Below are positions 19,049 through 29,520 of a DNA stretch of 64,000 nt, in pieces. Position numbers and translations under genes: made by a program. Numbering within the stretch: position 1 is the stretch's first letter; every line of letters begins with the position of its first letter. The notes beneath the pieces are model-generated. The model saw only the letters and a list, made by a program, of their open reading frames with translations. It had not been told where the DNA came from and made no database searches. This DNA is from an uncultured Acidobacteriota bacterium (lineage in GTDB: Bacteria; Acidobacteriota; UBA6911): contig CAWJKZ010000013.1 of the NCBI GenBank assembly GCA_963843575.1, positions 544,001 to 608,000 of the forward strand, in the 5' to 3' direction.

Positions 19049-20200
19049 CTACCTGTTGTGCCGCCGCAGGGCCAGCATCGTGACGTCGTCCGTCAGCTCT
19101 GCGCCCGCGGAGAAATCGAGAATGCCGCGGTACAGCTCCTTCAACCAACCGGAAACATCCGACGAGGCGCGACGTCGCGCCGACTCGAGGAAACGCTGCG
19201 TGTCGTACATTCTGCCCGTCGCGGTCCACGGCATCGGTGGTGCCGTCGGTGGTGAGCAGAAGCGACTCGCCCGCTTCGATCCGGAAAGGGGACTTCGTCG
19301 TAGGACGCCTCATCCATCAGCCCGAGGGGCACGCCCGGGACACACACCCTCGTCACTTCCCCTGCGCGGACCACGAAAGGGTACGGCATCCCCGCGTTGG
19401 CCAGCAGTCCCGCACCGGTGCCCAGACTCGATCCGGAGACAGACCACCGCGATGTAGTTGGACGACGGCCGCGCCGTCAGCGCCCCGTTCAGGAACGCAA
19501 GCGTGTGCGCCGGCGACATCGACTGCGTGAAAACCGTCCGGAGCTGGCCGCTGAACACGGCGCCGTACAGCGCCGCAGGTATCGACTTGCCGGAGACGTC
19601 GCCGACGACGACCTGCAGCACGCCGGTGTCGGGATCGTGACTGAAATCGTAGAGGTCGCCCCCCACTTCCCGCGCCGGGTGGTACTCAACGGCCATGTCC
19701 CAGCCGTCGAGCCGCGGACAGGACGCCGGCAGGATATAGCGCTGGATGTCCCGGGCGATTTCCAGGTCGCGCGCCAACCGTTCGCGCCGGATGAGTTCCT
19801 TGCGGATGCGCGCGTTCTCGACCGCGAGACGGTACGTCTCGAGCCCGCGTTCGACGGTCATCAGCAGGTCGGGCGGGTCCCACGGTTTGACCATGTACCG
19901 GAATACCTTGCAGCCGTTGATCGCCTCCATGAGGACGTCGACGTCGGTGAACCCGGTCAGGATGATGCGCACCGCATGCGGCAGGGGCTCGATGGTCCTG
20001 CGCAACAGTTCGATCCCCGTCATGTCCGGCATTCTCTGATCCGCGACGATCACGGCGATGTTGTCGTTCCTGCTGATCAGCTCGAGCGCCTCGTTGCCGC
20101 TCCCGGCCGCGAGAACTGGGTAGCGGTTGACGAACGTGCGGCGCAGCTTCTGCAGGTTGGCCAGTTCGTCGTCGACTACCAGGATCTTCTCGTCGGACAT
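19049..20200 (-). CDS. REC plus SpoIIE/PP2C (RsbU-like) phosphatase (indels in 3' part)
   Basis: VDDE, ADQRMP, KPWD, ARDIQ, EVGGDLY, GDVSGK, TDG, DDVTML. Confidence 0.9.
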
Positions 20201-20327
20201 CGCGGAATCAGGGGAACATGCGCTGTTCACTCTACCGCAAAAACACGTGGCTATCCAATCCCGCGTTTCATTTTCCAGGGCACTTGGAGTGACGCGACTC
20301 GGCTCTGCCGAGGGGTCGCGCTCCAGA

Positions 20328-20430
20328 TTATTCCCCGAACCGGACGTAGGGGAATTCGAAGGGCTGCCCGTCGATGCCACGATCCGGCGGGGCGATCCAG
20401 TGCGCGATCTTCCCCGCATCAAGGTGGGCA
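20328..20430 (-). pseudogene. orphan coding-like 3' gene fragment
   Basis: Reads AHLDAGKIAHWIAPPDRGIDGQPFEFPYVRFGE* with strong GC3 bias but no start codon. Confidence 0.4.
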
Positions 20431-20516
20431 CCTGAGGCTCCGCACGTACGCCTCGGCGCCGCGCCGAATTGCGAGATGCGACCCTGCGACGTCGGCCTTT
20501 GAGGCGCCGAGGCGTC

Positions 20517-20608
20517 GCCACATAGATCAGATCAAAAGACGTCCGGGCTGAAGCCCGGACCCACTTGTTTTACGCGCAGGGCGGGCGGTTCAATCGTTGG
20601 ACAGCCTC
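20517..20608. repeat. REP-like palindromic element, single arm
   Basis: GTCCGGGCTGAAGCCCGGAC-CCAC core; about 75 bp near-identical (inverted) to 39292-39368 and shares the TTGGACAGCCTC end with 39458-39469. Confidence 0.85.
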
Positions 20609-20629
20609 TATTGCCGGAACGGAGCTTGT

Positions 20630-21589
20630 CTACGACTCGCCGCGCAGTTCGCGGGCGATCTGCTGCGCGACCGCCTGCGCCTTCGGGAGTTCCTGGGGGG
20701 CGAAGGAGATCGCGCCCACCACCGGGTGGCCGCCGCCGCCATACCGTTCGCACAGCGCCGCGAGGTTGTGGGTGCGCGGGGTCGGGCTCCAGGGGTTGGA
20801 GCCGACGGAGACCTTGGACCGGAAGCTCGACAGGCTCACCCCGACGCAGTAGGTCGCCTGCGGGAAGAGGTAATAGGGGATGAACTTGTTGTAGCCCTCG
20901 AGTTCGAATTCGCTCACGTCGAAGTACACGGTCCCGTCCGCGCAATGCGCCTTGCGACGGATGATGTCGATGGAGCGGAGGTGCCGGTCGTACAACGGCC
21001 GGTATTCGGCTTGAACCCAGTCCTGCGCGATGATCTGATCGAGCGGCGTGCGCTGGAAATCGCCGATCAGCTTGTGAATGCGGTTGGAGTCGCGCACCCC
21101 CTCGATCACCAGCATGAGCTTCATCGCGGGCTCGCGCAGCTCGACAGCCGCACGCGCATCCTCGAATTGCGCGCCGTCGATGATGTCGGCCCAACGGACC
21201 AGCTCATCGAGGCTGTCGCAGTGGAAATTGTAATGGCGCCGCACCATCTCGGTGATGAACTTCGTGCAGGATCGGTAGGTCGGGTCGTGGTACTTGCGGC
21301 CGCTCGTGTCGGCGCGGAAGTGGGACTCGTCCTCGCGCGACAGGAACGCGCTTTGATGATGGTCGAACCACCAGGTCAGCCGCGGGTCGCTGGAGTACTT
21401 GAAATCGACGATCGCGTTCTCGTCGCCGTCGAACTTCACGTCGAGAAACAGCTGCCCGGCGCGGTGCGCCAGCCCCTCGTACTCAAACTCCGCTCCGCCG
21501 CGGACCGCCTCACGGTAGAACTCCGTGAACACGGCGGCGGATGCGAGACCGTCAAAGCAGTTGTCGTGATAGTAGATTTTCATTCTCAT
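20630..21589 (-). CDS. DHH/DHHA1 family phosphoesterase
   Basis: YHDNCFDG, IVDF, WFDHH and GGGGHP motifs. Confidence 0.9.
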   Translation of the reverse strand: MRMKIYYHDNCFDGLASAAVFTEFYREAVRGGAEFEYEGLAHRAGQLFLDVKFDGDENAIVDFKYSSDPRLTWWFDHHQSAFLSREDESHFRADTSGRKYHDPTYRSCTKFITEMVRRHYNFHCDSLDELVRWADIIDGAQFEDARAAVELREPAMKLMLVIEGVRDSNRIHKLIGDFQRTPLDQIIAQDWVQAEYRPLYDRHLRSIDIIRRKAHCADGTVYFDVSEFELEGYNKFIPYYLFPQATYCVGVSLSSFRSKVSVGSNPWSPTPRTHNLAALCERYGGGGHPVVGAISFAPQELPKAQAVAQQIARELRGES

Positions 21590-21760
21590 ACGCTCTGGCG
21601 GTCAAAGGAGCAGTCAACGACCGAAGACAAAAGAACTTGCAACACTATCACATGCCCCCAGACAGCGCAACAAGTGGGCGGGGGTGGGGCGCCCCGGCCG
21701 CGCTGAGCCATCAGGCAAATCCGAGGGGCCGCGTCGGGGCCGACGCGGCCCACTCCGGGT

Positions 21761-22940
21761 CTACCCGCCGAGGATGATCTTGGCGATGGTCTGCAGCTGC
21801 ATGTTGGAGGTGCCTTCGTAGATCTTCCCTATCTTGGCGTCGCGGTAATACTTCTCTGCGGGGAATTCGCGCGTGTAGCCGTAGCCGCCGAAAATCTCCA
21901 GGCTCCGGCTGGCGATGCGCTCGGCCACCTGCGAGGCGTGGAGCTTGGCCATGGCCGCCTCTTTCACGAAGGTCTTTCCCGCCATCTTCAACCGGGCCGC
22001 GTTGTACACGAGGAGCCTAGCCGCCTCGAGTTCGGTCGCCATCCCGGCCAGCTCGAACTGCACCGCCTGGAAGCTCGAGATGGCGCGGCCGAACTGCCGG
22101 CGCTCGCGGGCGTACCGGATCGCGTGCTCCAGCGCGCCTTGCGACACGCCCACCATCTGGGCGCCGATCCCGATCCTCCCTTCGTTCAGTGTTTCGATCG
22201 AGACCTTGTATCCGTTGCCGACATGGCCCAGGACACAGTCCGCCGCGACGAAGCAGCCCTCCAGGATCAGTTCGCAGGTGGAACTGGCCCGGATGCCGAG
22301 CTTGTCTTCTTTCTTGCCGACCGAGAAGCCGGGTGCATCCCGCTCGACAAGAAAGGCAGTTATGCCGCGGTACCCCGCTTCGGGGCGGGCGTTCGCGAAC
22401 ACAATGAAGATCCCGGCCTCGGCCGCGTTGGTGATCCAGAGCTTGCGACCCGTCAGCACGTACCCGCCGCCTTGCTCCTGCGCCCGCGTCGCGAGGGCGA
22501 ATGCGTCGCTGCCGGAGCCCGCCTCGGAGAGGGCGTAAGCCCCGACCGTGTCCCTCGAGAGGCGGGGGAGGTAGCGCTGCTTCTGCTCGCGGGTGCCCCA
22601 GCGCATGATCGCGTTGTTGACCAGCGTGTTCTGCACGTCGACGACGACACCCGCCGAGGCATCGACGCGGGACAACTCCTCGACGGCCTGCACTGCCATG
22701 AAGAACGTGCCCCCCGATCCGCCGAGCTCTTCCGGAACCCCGATTCCCATCAACCCAAGCTCGAAAAACCTGGCCTATCAGGTCCGCGGCCATGACGCCG
22801 TCGCGGTCCATCTCCGAGACACGGGGACGGACCTGCTCTTCGGCGAACTCCCGCACGGTCGAGCGAAACAACTCCTCGTCCTCGCTGAAGACGGTGAGCG
22901 GCGCGCCGCCGCCAGGCTCGGCACCTATGTCGATACCCAT
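21761..22940 (-). CDS. short/branched-chain acyl-CoA dehydrogenase (indel near 22770)
   Basis: YALSEAGSGSD, KLWITNA, KLGIRASST, LNEGRIGI, IYEGTSNMQL. Confidence 0.92.
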
Positions 22941-23034
22941 TTGACGACCCTCGAGAGAGGAGACGGTTTTGCGGCCCCGACACCCAGTGCCACGTGGGAC
23001 AGATCCTGCGCGCGGGCGTCGATGTCTCTTGCCG

Positions 23035-23718
23035 TCAGGCACCAAGGTTGCTGCGAAAAAATGCGACGGTCCGCTTCCAGGAGTCTTCCGCGGCTGCACG
23101 GTCGAATACCTCGGGGCGCTCGTCGTTGAAGAATGCGTGGCCAGCCTCGGGATAGATGTGAAACTCGTGCGCCTTCCCGAGCGCGGTCAGCTTGCGGTCA
23201 AGCTCCCGGACGGAGTCCGGCGTGACGAACCCGTCCCTGCCGGCGTAGAGGCCCAGCACTGGAGCGGACAGCGCTTGCAGATCGGGTTTCACTGTAGGGT
23301 GCCCGCCGTAAAACACCACGCAGGCGCTCAAGTCGCGGTTTTGGGATGCCGCAAAAAGCGAGAGCGCTCCCCCCATGCAGAAACCAACCGATCCGACCTT
23401 GCCCGTCAGGTTGCCTGGGTGTTCCTTCAGGTAGGAGACCGCGCCGGACAGATCATGCTCGGCATTTTCTATGTTCAGCGCCATCATCAGTTTGCCGGCC
23501 TCATCCGGCGACCGGGTGCTTTTGCCGTGATACAGGTCCGGGGCAAGGGCGAGAAAACCCTCGGCCGAAAAGCGGTCCGCCACAGCCTTGATGTGCGGCA
23601 CCAACCCCCACCACTCCTGGATAACCACGACCCCGGGGCCTACCGCGCCAGGCGGCAACGACAGATACCCGGATACGGTCCTCGAATTGCTCGGAAATGT
23701 AACCATTTCACCGGCCAT
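23035..23718 (-). CDS. dienelactone hydrolase family protein
   Basis: QEWWGL, GFCMGG, HAFFN. Confidence 0.92.
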   Translation of the reverse strand: MAGEMVTFPSNSRTVSGYLSLPPGAVGPGVVVIQEWWGLVPHIKAVADRFSAEGFLALAPDLYHGKSTRSPDEAGKLMMALNIENAEHDLSGAVSYLKEHPGNLTGKVGSVGFCMGGALSLFAASQNRDLSACVVFYGGHPTVKPDLQALSAPVLGLYAGRDGFVTPDSVRELDRKLTALGKAHEFHIYPEAGHAFFNDERPEVFDRAAAEDSWKRTVAFFRSNLGA

Positions 23719-24075
23719 GTATCCTCCTAAATAGGTAGGCTGATTGGAATCCTCGTGCGGTCTCGGGCCGCGAGGGGGGTACAGGCCGAGCGAATCGTTT
23801 TTGTTTTATACCATTTAGCCGGTGATCACATCCAGTGCGAACTCGGCGCTCACCAGCCCTTTTTGCCGGCTGGGCACTCCGGCCGGACATTTTCGCACTC
23901 CCCCGGCTGGACCTTGACGTGAGCTCTTTTGACCGCACGTGTGAGCAGTACGGAACTGACTTGCAGCTCGACCACGCAGTATAAGAGGGATAGGAACATC
24001 CGTAATGTGAAGTCGCACGGTGCGTACATAGGGGTGAGACCGGCGGAGACCGGCTTCAGGAACGGAGTAAACAAA

Positions 24076-25606
24076 ATGGCACGGAGTCCCTGGTACCGCA
24101 GCACCAAGTACATATGGCTCGCGCTCCTGGTCACGGCGATCGTGCTCGGGTTCGGAGCCTACAAATTCTTCCCTGTCAAGGCGGACAAGTCTACCTACCT
24201 GCACGCCGCGATCGAGCGGGGCGACATCGTCATGCAGGTGGGAGCCACCGGCACCCTGGCGGCCGTCACTACGGTCCAGGTGGGGACGCAGGTCTCGGGG
24301 ACAATCGCCGAGCTCCACGCGGACTACAACAGCGAGGTCAAGAAGGGGCAACTGCTGGCCAAGCTCGACCCTCAACTCCTGCAGGCGCAGGTGCAGCAGC
24401 AGGAAGCGAATGTGCGCTCGGTGGAGGCAACCCTCAATGACGACACTGCCGGGATCGCGAGCAGCCGGGCCAACCTGGAAAAGGCCAAGGTCGACGTGCT
24501 CGACAAGCAACGCAAGTTGAAGCGGCAGAATGACTTGTTTGCCGATAAGCTCATCGCCCGGGACGATCTGGATACCGCACAGGCTGCGCTCGATGCAGCC
24601 GTCGCCAGCCAAAACGCGGCCCAGGCGCAGGTGCAGTCGTCGGAGGCGCGCTACAAGGCCGACCAAGCCCGTCTCGGCCAGGCACAGGCATCGCTGGATT
24701 CGGCGAAGGTCAACCTGGATCACACGGTCATAGCCAGCCCGATCTCCGGCACGATTATCTCCCGCAGTGTTGATGTCGGCCAGACGGTCGCGGCCAGCTT
24801 CTCCTCCCCAACGCTGTTTACCATTGCGGCGGATCTGACCAAGATGCAGGTAAACACGAATATCGACGAGGCGGATGTCGGGCGGATTGCGCAGGGTATG
24901 AAGGCTACTTTTACGGTGGACGCCTATCCGGGCGAAACCTTCGGCGGCACTATCAGCCAGATTCGCCTGGCCGCAACCACAGTCCAGAACGTCGTCACCT
25001 ACAACGCGATGATCGATGTACCCAACCCTCAGCTCAAACTGAAACCGGGCATGACCACGAACGTGAAGATCCTGATCAACAAGGCGGAGAACGTGCTGAG
25101 GATCCCTAACTCCGCACTCAGGTTCCGGCCCGGTCTTACGGAGCAGGAAATGGAGGCTGCCTTCAAAACGGCCGGGGAAGAGAAGTTTTGGTCCTTCTAC
25201 AAGAACACACTCGGGCAGTCGGGCCAGGCAAACGCCACAAACCGTCCCATTGGCAACGCCGGCCCAAGCGCCGGGAACCGGACCGGGGCGGGTTTCAGCT
25301 TTTCGGGCGGACAGGGGCGGGCCGCCAACGCCACGGGTTCCGGACGAGAGCAGTCTGCGAACCGCGGCGGGGTGCGCGGCCGTCGGGTCCCGATCTGGGT
25401 TGTGAATCCGGACAAATCGCTGCGACCCGTGGTTGTCCGGCTCGGGCTCACCGACGGTGTCCATACGCAGGTCGAGGAGGGAAAGTTGAAGGAAGGGGAC
25501 CAGATCGTCACCGGTTCGGACGAAGTCGCGAACCGCACGACTGCCCCGGCGGCCGCCCGGGCGCCGGGATTCGGCGGGGTTGGCATGGGCGGGGGAACGC
25601 CGCTAG
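24076..25606 (+). CDS. MacA-like membrane fusion protein
   Basis: N-terminal TM, VGTQVSG, VKKGQLL, SPISG, DEADVG, LKPGMT. True stop is probably the TAG near 25604-25606 (see rejected list). Confidence 0.85.
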
Positions 25607-25620
25607 GGAAAGGAGCCCTC

Positions 25621-26415
25621 ATGAACCAAGCAGTTGGCCAGATGCACCAAGAGGCCGTGGTGGCCCGGCCAATCGGAACCCCAGTCATCAAGGTGGAGAA
25701 CCTGCATAAACTCTATGAGATGGGGGAAACGCGGGTTCATGCGCTCCGTGGCATTTCGCTGGAGATCGGACGCGGCGAGTTTGTCGCGATCATGGGCGCC
25801 TCGGGCTCGGGAAAATCCACGTTCATGAACCTGCTCGGGTGCCTGGACAAGCCGACCGAAGGCATTTACGAGTTGGAGGGCACTAATGTCGCCGAACTGT
25901 CCCGCGTCGAACTGGCGAGAATACGCAACGAACGAGTCGGTTTTATTTTCCAGGGATTCAATCTCCTGAGCAGGACGAGCGCAATCGAAAACGTCGAACT
26001 CCCCCTCATTTACGCCGGGGTGGGCTCCCGCGAGCGCCGCAGGCGCTCCCTGGAGGCGCTCGCCAGGGTCGGGTTGAGCGATCGGAGTCACCATGTCCCC
26101 GCGCAGCTCTCGGGAGGCCAGCAGCAGCGTGTCGCCATCGCGCGCTCGCTGGTCAACAACCCTTCGGTCCTGCTGGCCGACGAGCCGACGGGAAACCTCG
26201 ACAGCCGCACGAGTGTCGAGATCATGCAGATTTTCCAGGAATTAAACGAACGGGACAGCCTGACGATCATTCTGGTGACCCACGAACCCGACATCGCCAG
26301 GTTTGCGAAGCGGAATATCACGTTCCGCGACGGGAACATCACGCGCGACCATGAGGTCCAGGATCGGCTGATTGCCTCGGAGGTCCTGGCCGACATGCCC
26401 CGGTTGGAGGACTGA
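25621..26415 (+). CDS. MacB-type ABC transporter ATP-binding subunit
   Basis: Own SD (AAGGAG), GASGSGKS, LSGGQQQR, LLADEPTGNLD, VTH. Confidence 0.92.
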   Translation: MNQAVGQMHQEAVVARPIGTPVIKVENLHKLYEMGETRVHALRGISLEIGRGEFVAIMGASGSGKSTFMNLLGCLDKPTEGIYELEGTNVAELSRVELARIRNERVGFIFQGFNLLSRTSAIENVELPLIYAGVGSRERRRRSLEALARVGLSDRSHHVPAQLSGGQQQRVAIARSLVNNPSVLLADEPTGNLDSRTSVEIMQIFQELNERDSLTIILVTHEPDIARFAKRNITFRDGNITRDHEVQDRLIASEVLADMPRLED

Positions 26416-27635
26416 TGCTATTCCTGCTGACCATTACCCGCGTCGCGCTGCAAGCGCTCGCGCGGAACAAAATGCGATCGATCCTGACCATGCTCGGGAT
26501 CATTATCGGGGTGGGGGCCGTGATCGCGATGGTGAGCATCGGGCAGGGCGCCCAGGCGACGATCTCGGAGCAGATAGCCAGCGCCGGGAGCAACATGCTG
26601 TTTGTGCAAGCCGGCTCGTGGAACCGCGGAGGGGTTCGTTCGGGGCAGGGCACGTCCAGCACCCTTACGGTAGAAGACTATCTGGCCATTCAAAGGGAGT
26701 GTCCGGCCGTACGATTGGCATCCCCGCTCGTGCGTACGAGCGCCGGCGTGATTTTCGGCAACCAGAACTGGGCCACCAGTATCCAGGGTGTCAACGTCAA
26801 CTTTCCCGCAATCAAGCTCTGGGAAGTCGAAAGCGGCTCGTTCTTCACGGAGCAGGAGGAATCCTCGGCCCAGCGTGTCTGCGTCCTGGGGAAAACCGTC
26901 GTCGACAACCTCTTCGCCGGGCAGGACCCCGTCGGCCAGGAAATAAGGATCCGCAACGCTCCGTGGCGCGTCATTGGCGTACTGAAATCCAAAGGGCAGA
27001 GCGGGATGGGGCAGGACCAGGATGACACGATCATCGCGCCATACACGACCGTTCAGAAGAAGCTGCTGGGCATCACCTTTATCCACAGCGTAATGGTATC
27101 GGCCGTATCTGAAAGTGCCACGGCCGCCGCGGAGGAGGAGGTCACCGAACTGCTCCGGCAGCGACATCGGATTCCCGCCAGCGAAGAGCCAGACTTTTTC
27201 GTGCGCAATCTCTCGGACATCGCCGAGCTGGCCAGCAGCTCAAACCGTGTCATGACACTTCTGCTAGCGAGCATCGCGTTTGTCAGTCTCGTGGTCGGAG
27301 GCATCGGGGTGATGAACATCATGCTCGTTTCGGTCACCGAACGGACCCGTGAAATAGGTATCCGGATGTCGGTGGGAGCGACGGGCGGCGACATACAGCT
27401 GCAGTTCCTGACGGAAGCGGTAGTGCTGGCGGTTCTGGGCGGGCTGGCCGGGGTTGCAGCCGGGATCGCCGCATCCACGATCATCTCGGACTCCCTGGGG
27501 TGGCCCACGCTCGTCTCGACTGCTGCGATCGCGATGGCGTTCACGTTCGCGGGAGCGATCGGGATCGGAGCGGGCTGGTACCCAGCTCTGAAAGCTTCCC
27601 GCATGGATCCGATCGAGGCACTGCGCTACGAATAG
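26415..27635 (+). CDS. MacB/FtsX-type ABC transporter permease
   Basis: RSILTMLGIIIG, GGIGVMNIM, ERTREIGIR, PIEALRYE. Confidence 0.95.
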   Translation: MLFLLTITRVALQALARNKMRSILTMLGIIIGVGAVIAMVSIGQGAQATISEQIASAGSNMLFVQAGSWNRGGVRSGQGTSSTLTVEDYLAIQRECPAVRLASPLVRTSAGVIFGNQNWATSIQGVNVNFPAIKLWEVESGSFFTEQEESSAQRVCVLGKTVVDNLFAGQDPVGQEIRIRNAPWRVIGVLKSKGQSGMGQDQDDTIIAPYTTVQKKLLGITFIHSVMVSAVSESATAAAEEEVTELLRQRHRIPASEEPDFFVRNLSDIAELASSSNRVMTLLLASIAFVSLVVGGIGVMNIMLVSVTERTREIGIRMSVGATGGDIQLQFLTEAVVLAVLGGLAGVAAGIAASTIISDSLGWPTLVSTAAIAMAFTFAGAIGIGAGWYPALKASRMDPIEALRYE

Positions 27636-27681
27636 ATCGGGCCCCCGGGGCAGCCCCCGCCCCGCGGTAACCGTCAGTGCG

Positions 27682-27711
27682 TTGACACCCGCACCGCGAA
27701 CGCCCTATAAT
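27682..27711 (+). promoter_or_regulatory. sigma70-type promoter of the GWxTD gene
   Basis: TTGACA-N18-TATAAT about 36 bp before the ATG. Confidence 0.7.
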
Positions 27712-27747
27712 TCCACGGTAAAGCACCCCTCTCTATTGGAGTAGTCC

Positions 27748-29424
27748 ATGCGCAGCAAAGTCCGTGCACTCGTTTTCGTTCTCATCCTTGGTCTTGGCGT
27801 CGGGATAGCCTACTCGGGCCCAAGTCCGTCTCCCCAGAAGGCGACAAAAAAGCCGGACAAAAAGGCAAGCTCCGAGGGGAGTCGAGGCGAGTACTACAAG
27901 AAGTGGCTGGATGAGGATGTCACCTACATCATCTCCGAGGACGAAAAGAAGGTCTTCAAGGACCTCAAAACCGACGAAGAGCGCGAGAGCTTCATCGAGC
28001 AGTTCTGGGCGCGGCGGGATCCGGATCCGCGCACACCCGACAACGAGTTCAAGGAAGAGCACTACCTGCGAATAGCATACGCCAACGAGCGCTTCGCCTC
28101 CGGCATCCCAGGCTGGAAGACAGACCGCGGGCGCATCTACATTACGTTTGGCAAGCCCGCCGAGATCGAATCGCACCCTTCGGGCGGGAGCTACAATCGC
28201 GAAGTCTGGGAGGGCGGGGGCACGACGGCCACGTTCCCGTTTGAGCGCTGGCGCTACCGCCACATCGACGGCATCGGCGACGATATCGAGATCGAATTCG
28301 TCGACAAGACCATGAGCGGCGAATACCGCATGGCGATGAGCCCCGACGAAAAGGACGCCCTCATGATGGTCCCGGGAGCCGGGTTGACCTGGGCCGAAGA
28401 AATGGGCATGTCGAAGAAGGAGGACCGGGCCTATTTCAACCCGAGCGTCGCCAACGACCCGACTGCCGGCGGCGGCTACATGCGGGCCAAGGACATGCCG
28501 TTCGCCCGCATGGAACAGTACTTCAACCTGCAGCGCCCCCCGCAGGTCAAGTTCGAGGACCTGAAGAGCATCGTTACGACGCGCGTAAGCTACAACCAGC
28601 TGCCATACGAGATGCGCGCGGACTTCATCCGCCTCTCGTCGGACAAGGTCCTGGTCCCCATCACCATAGAGCTGCAGAACCGCGACCTGGAGTTCAAAAA
28701 GGAGCTCGACTTCAACCGGGCCTCCGTCAACGTCTACGGCATCGTCACCGGGTTGAACAACCGGATCCTGGCCGAATTCGAACACACGATCCAAACCGAA
28801 TATATCGATCAGTTTTTCGAGCAGGGGAAACAGAACCGCTCGATGTACCAGAAGATCGTCGCACTGCCGCCCGGTCAGCGTTTCAAGTTGGACCTGGTCT
28901 TGAAGGACATCAACAGCGGCAACGTCGGCGTGCTCAGCCGCGGGCTGGTGGTGCCGAAATTCGACCCGGAAACCCTCCAGGCCAGCACGATCATTCTGGC
29001 CAACAAGGTCGAGCCGGTCACGAACACCTCCGACCAGCTCGAGCAATACGTTATCGGGGACCTCAAGATCCAGCCGAACGTGAAGTCCGAGTACGTCGAT
29101 GGCCAGTACCTGATTCCGTACATGCAGGTCTACAACGCCACCCTCGACCAGGCCAGCCTGAAACCTTCGCTGGAAATCACGTACACCCTGAAGTCCGGAG
29201 GAAAGGTGATCGAGGCGCTCGAGGATCTGGCCGGGAATTCCATCCAGTTCTTCTCGGGACAGCGCGTGGTCGTGATCGGCAAGATCCCGCTGAAGGCGGT
29301 TGCGCCCGGTAAATACGCGCTCGAGATGAAGGTGGTGGACCGGATCTCCAACCGCACGCTGGTGAGCTCGGCCGACTTCAGGGTCAGGGAGCCGGTCGTG
29401 CGGGCGGCGTCGGCAGCGAACTAA
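27748..29424 (+). CDS. exported GWxTD domain protein
   Basis: Signal peptide, WLDEDVTYII, FWARRDP, NEFKEEHY, GWKTDRGRIYI; beta-rich C-terminal domains. Confidence 0.92.
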   Translation: MRSKVRALVFVLILGLGVGIAYSGPSPSPQKATKKPDKKASSEGSRGEYYKKWLDEDVTYIISEDEKKVFKDLKTDEERESFIEQFWARRDPDPRTPDNEFKEEHYLRIAYANERFASGIPGWKTDRGRIYITFGKPAEIESHPSGGSYNREVWEGGGTTATFPFERWRYRHIDGIGDDIEIEFVDKTMSGEYRMAMSPDEKDALMMVPGAGLTWAEEMGMSKKEDRAYFNPSVANDPTAGGGYMRAKDMPFARMEQYFNLQRPPQVKFEDLKSIVTTRVSYNQLPYEMRADFIRLSSDKVLVPITIELQNRDLEFKKELDFNRASVNVYGIVTGLNNRILAEFEHTIQTEYIDQFFEQGKQNRSMYQKIVALPPGQRFKLDLVLKDINSGNVGVLSRGLVVPKFDPETLQASTIILANKVEPVTNTSDQLEQYVIGDLKIQPNVKSEYVDGQYLIPYMQVYNATLDQASLKPSLEITYTLKSGGKVIEALEDLAGNSIQFFSGQRVVVIGKIPLKAVAPGKYALEMKVVDRISNRTLVSSADFRVREPVVRAASAAN

Positions 29425-29452
29425 CCCAACCGTCGACGGTTTCCGCAACATG

Positions 29453-29486
29453 AGAGCGTCCGGGCTTCGTCCGGACGCTCTTTTTT
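29453..29486 (+). terminator. intrinsic terminator
   Basis: AGAGCGTCCGG-gcttcgt-CCGGACGCTCT followed by a T-run. Confidence 0.8.
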
Positions 29487-29520
29487 GTCTCACTCGGGTT
29501 GACCAACGCCGTCCGCCTCG

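Noticed and set aside
20312-20484. 6S-like RNA from GGGTCGC/GCGACCC end pairing
   Set aside because: Only a 7-bp closing match in GC-rich DNA with no rod-and-bubble pattern; the interior is better explained as a coding remnant.
23929-26415. Apparent 828-aa MacA-ATPase fusion
   Set aside because: Removing one base in GGGGGAACGCCGCTAG gives a natural GGGRR* end, and the ATPase has its own SD and ATG at 25621. A periplasmic adaptor fused directly to a cytoplasmic ATPase is also topologically implausible. Likely an indel artefact.
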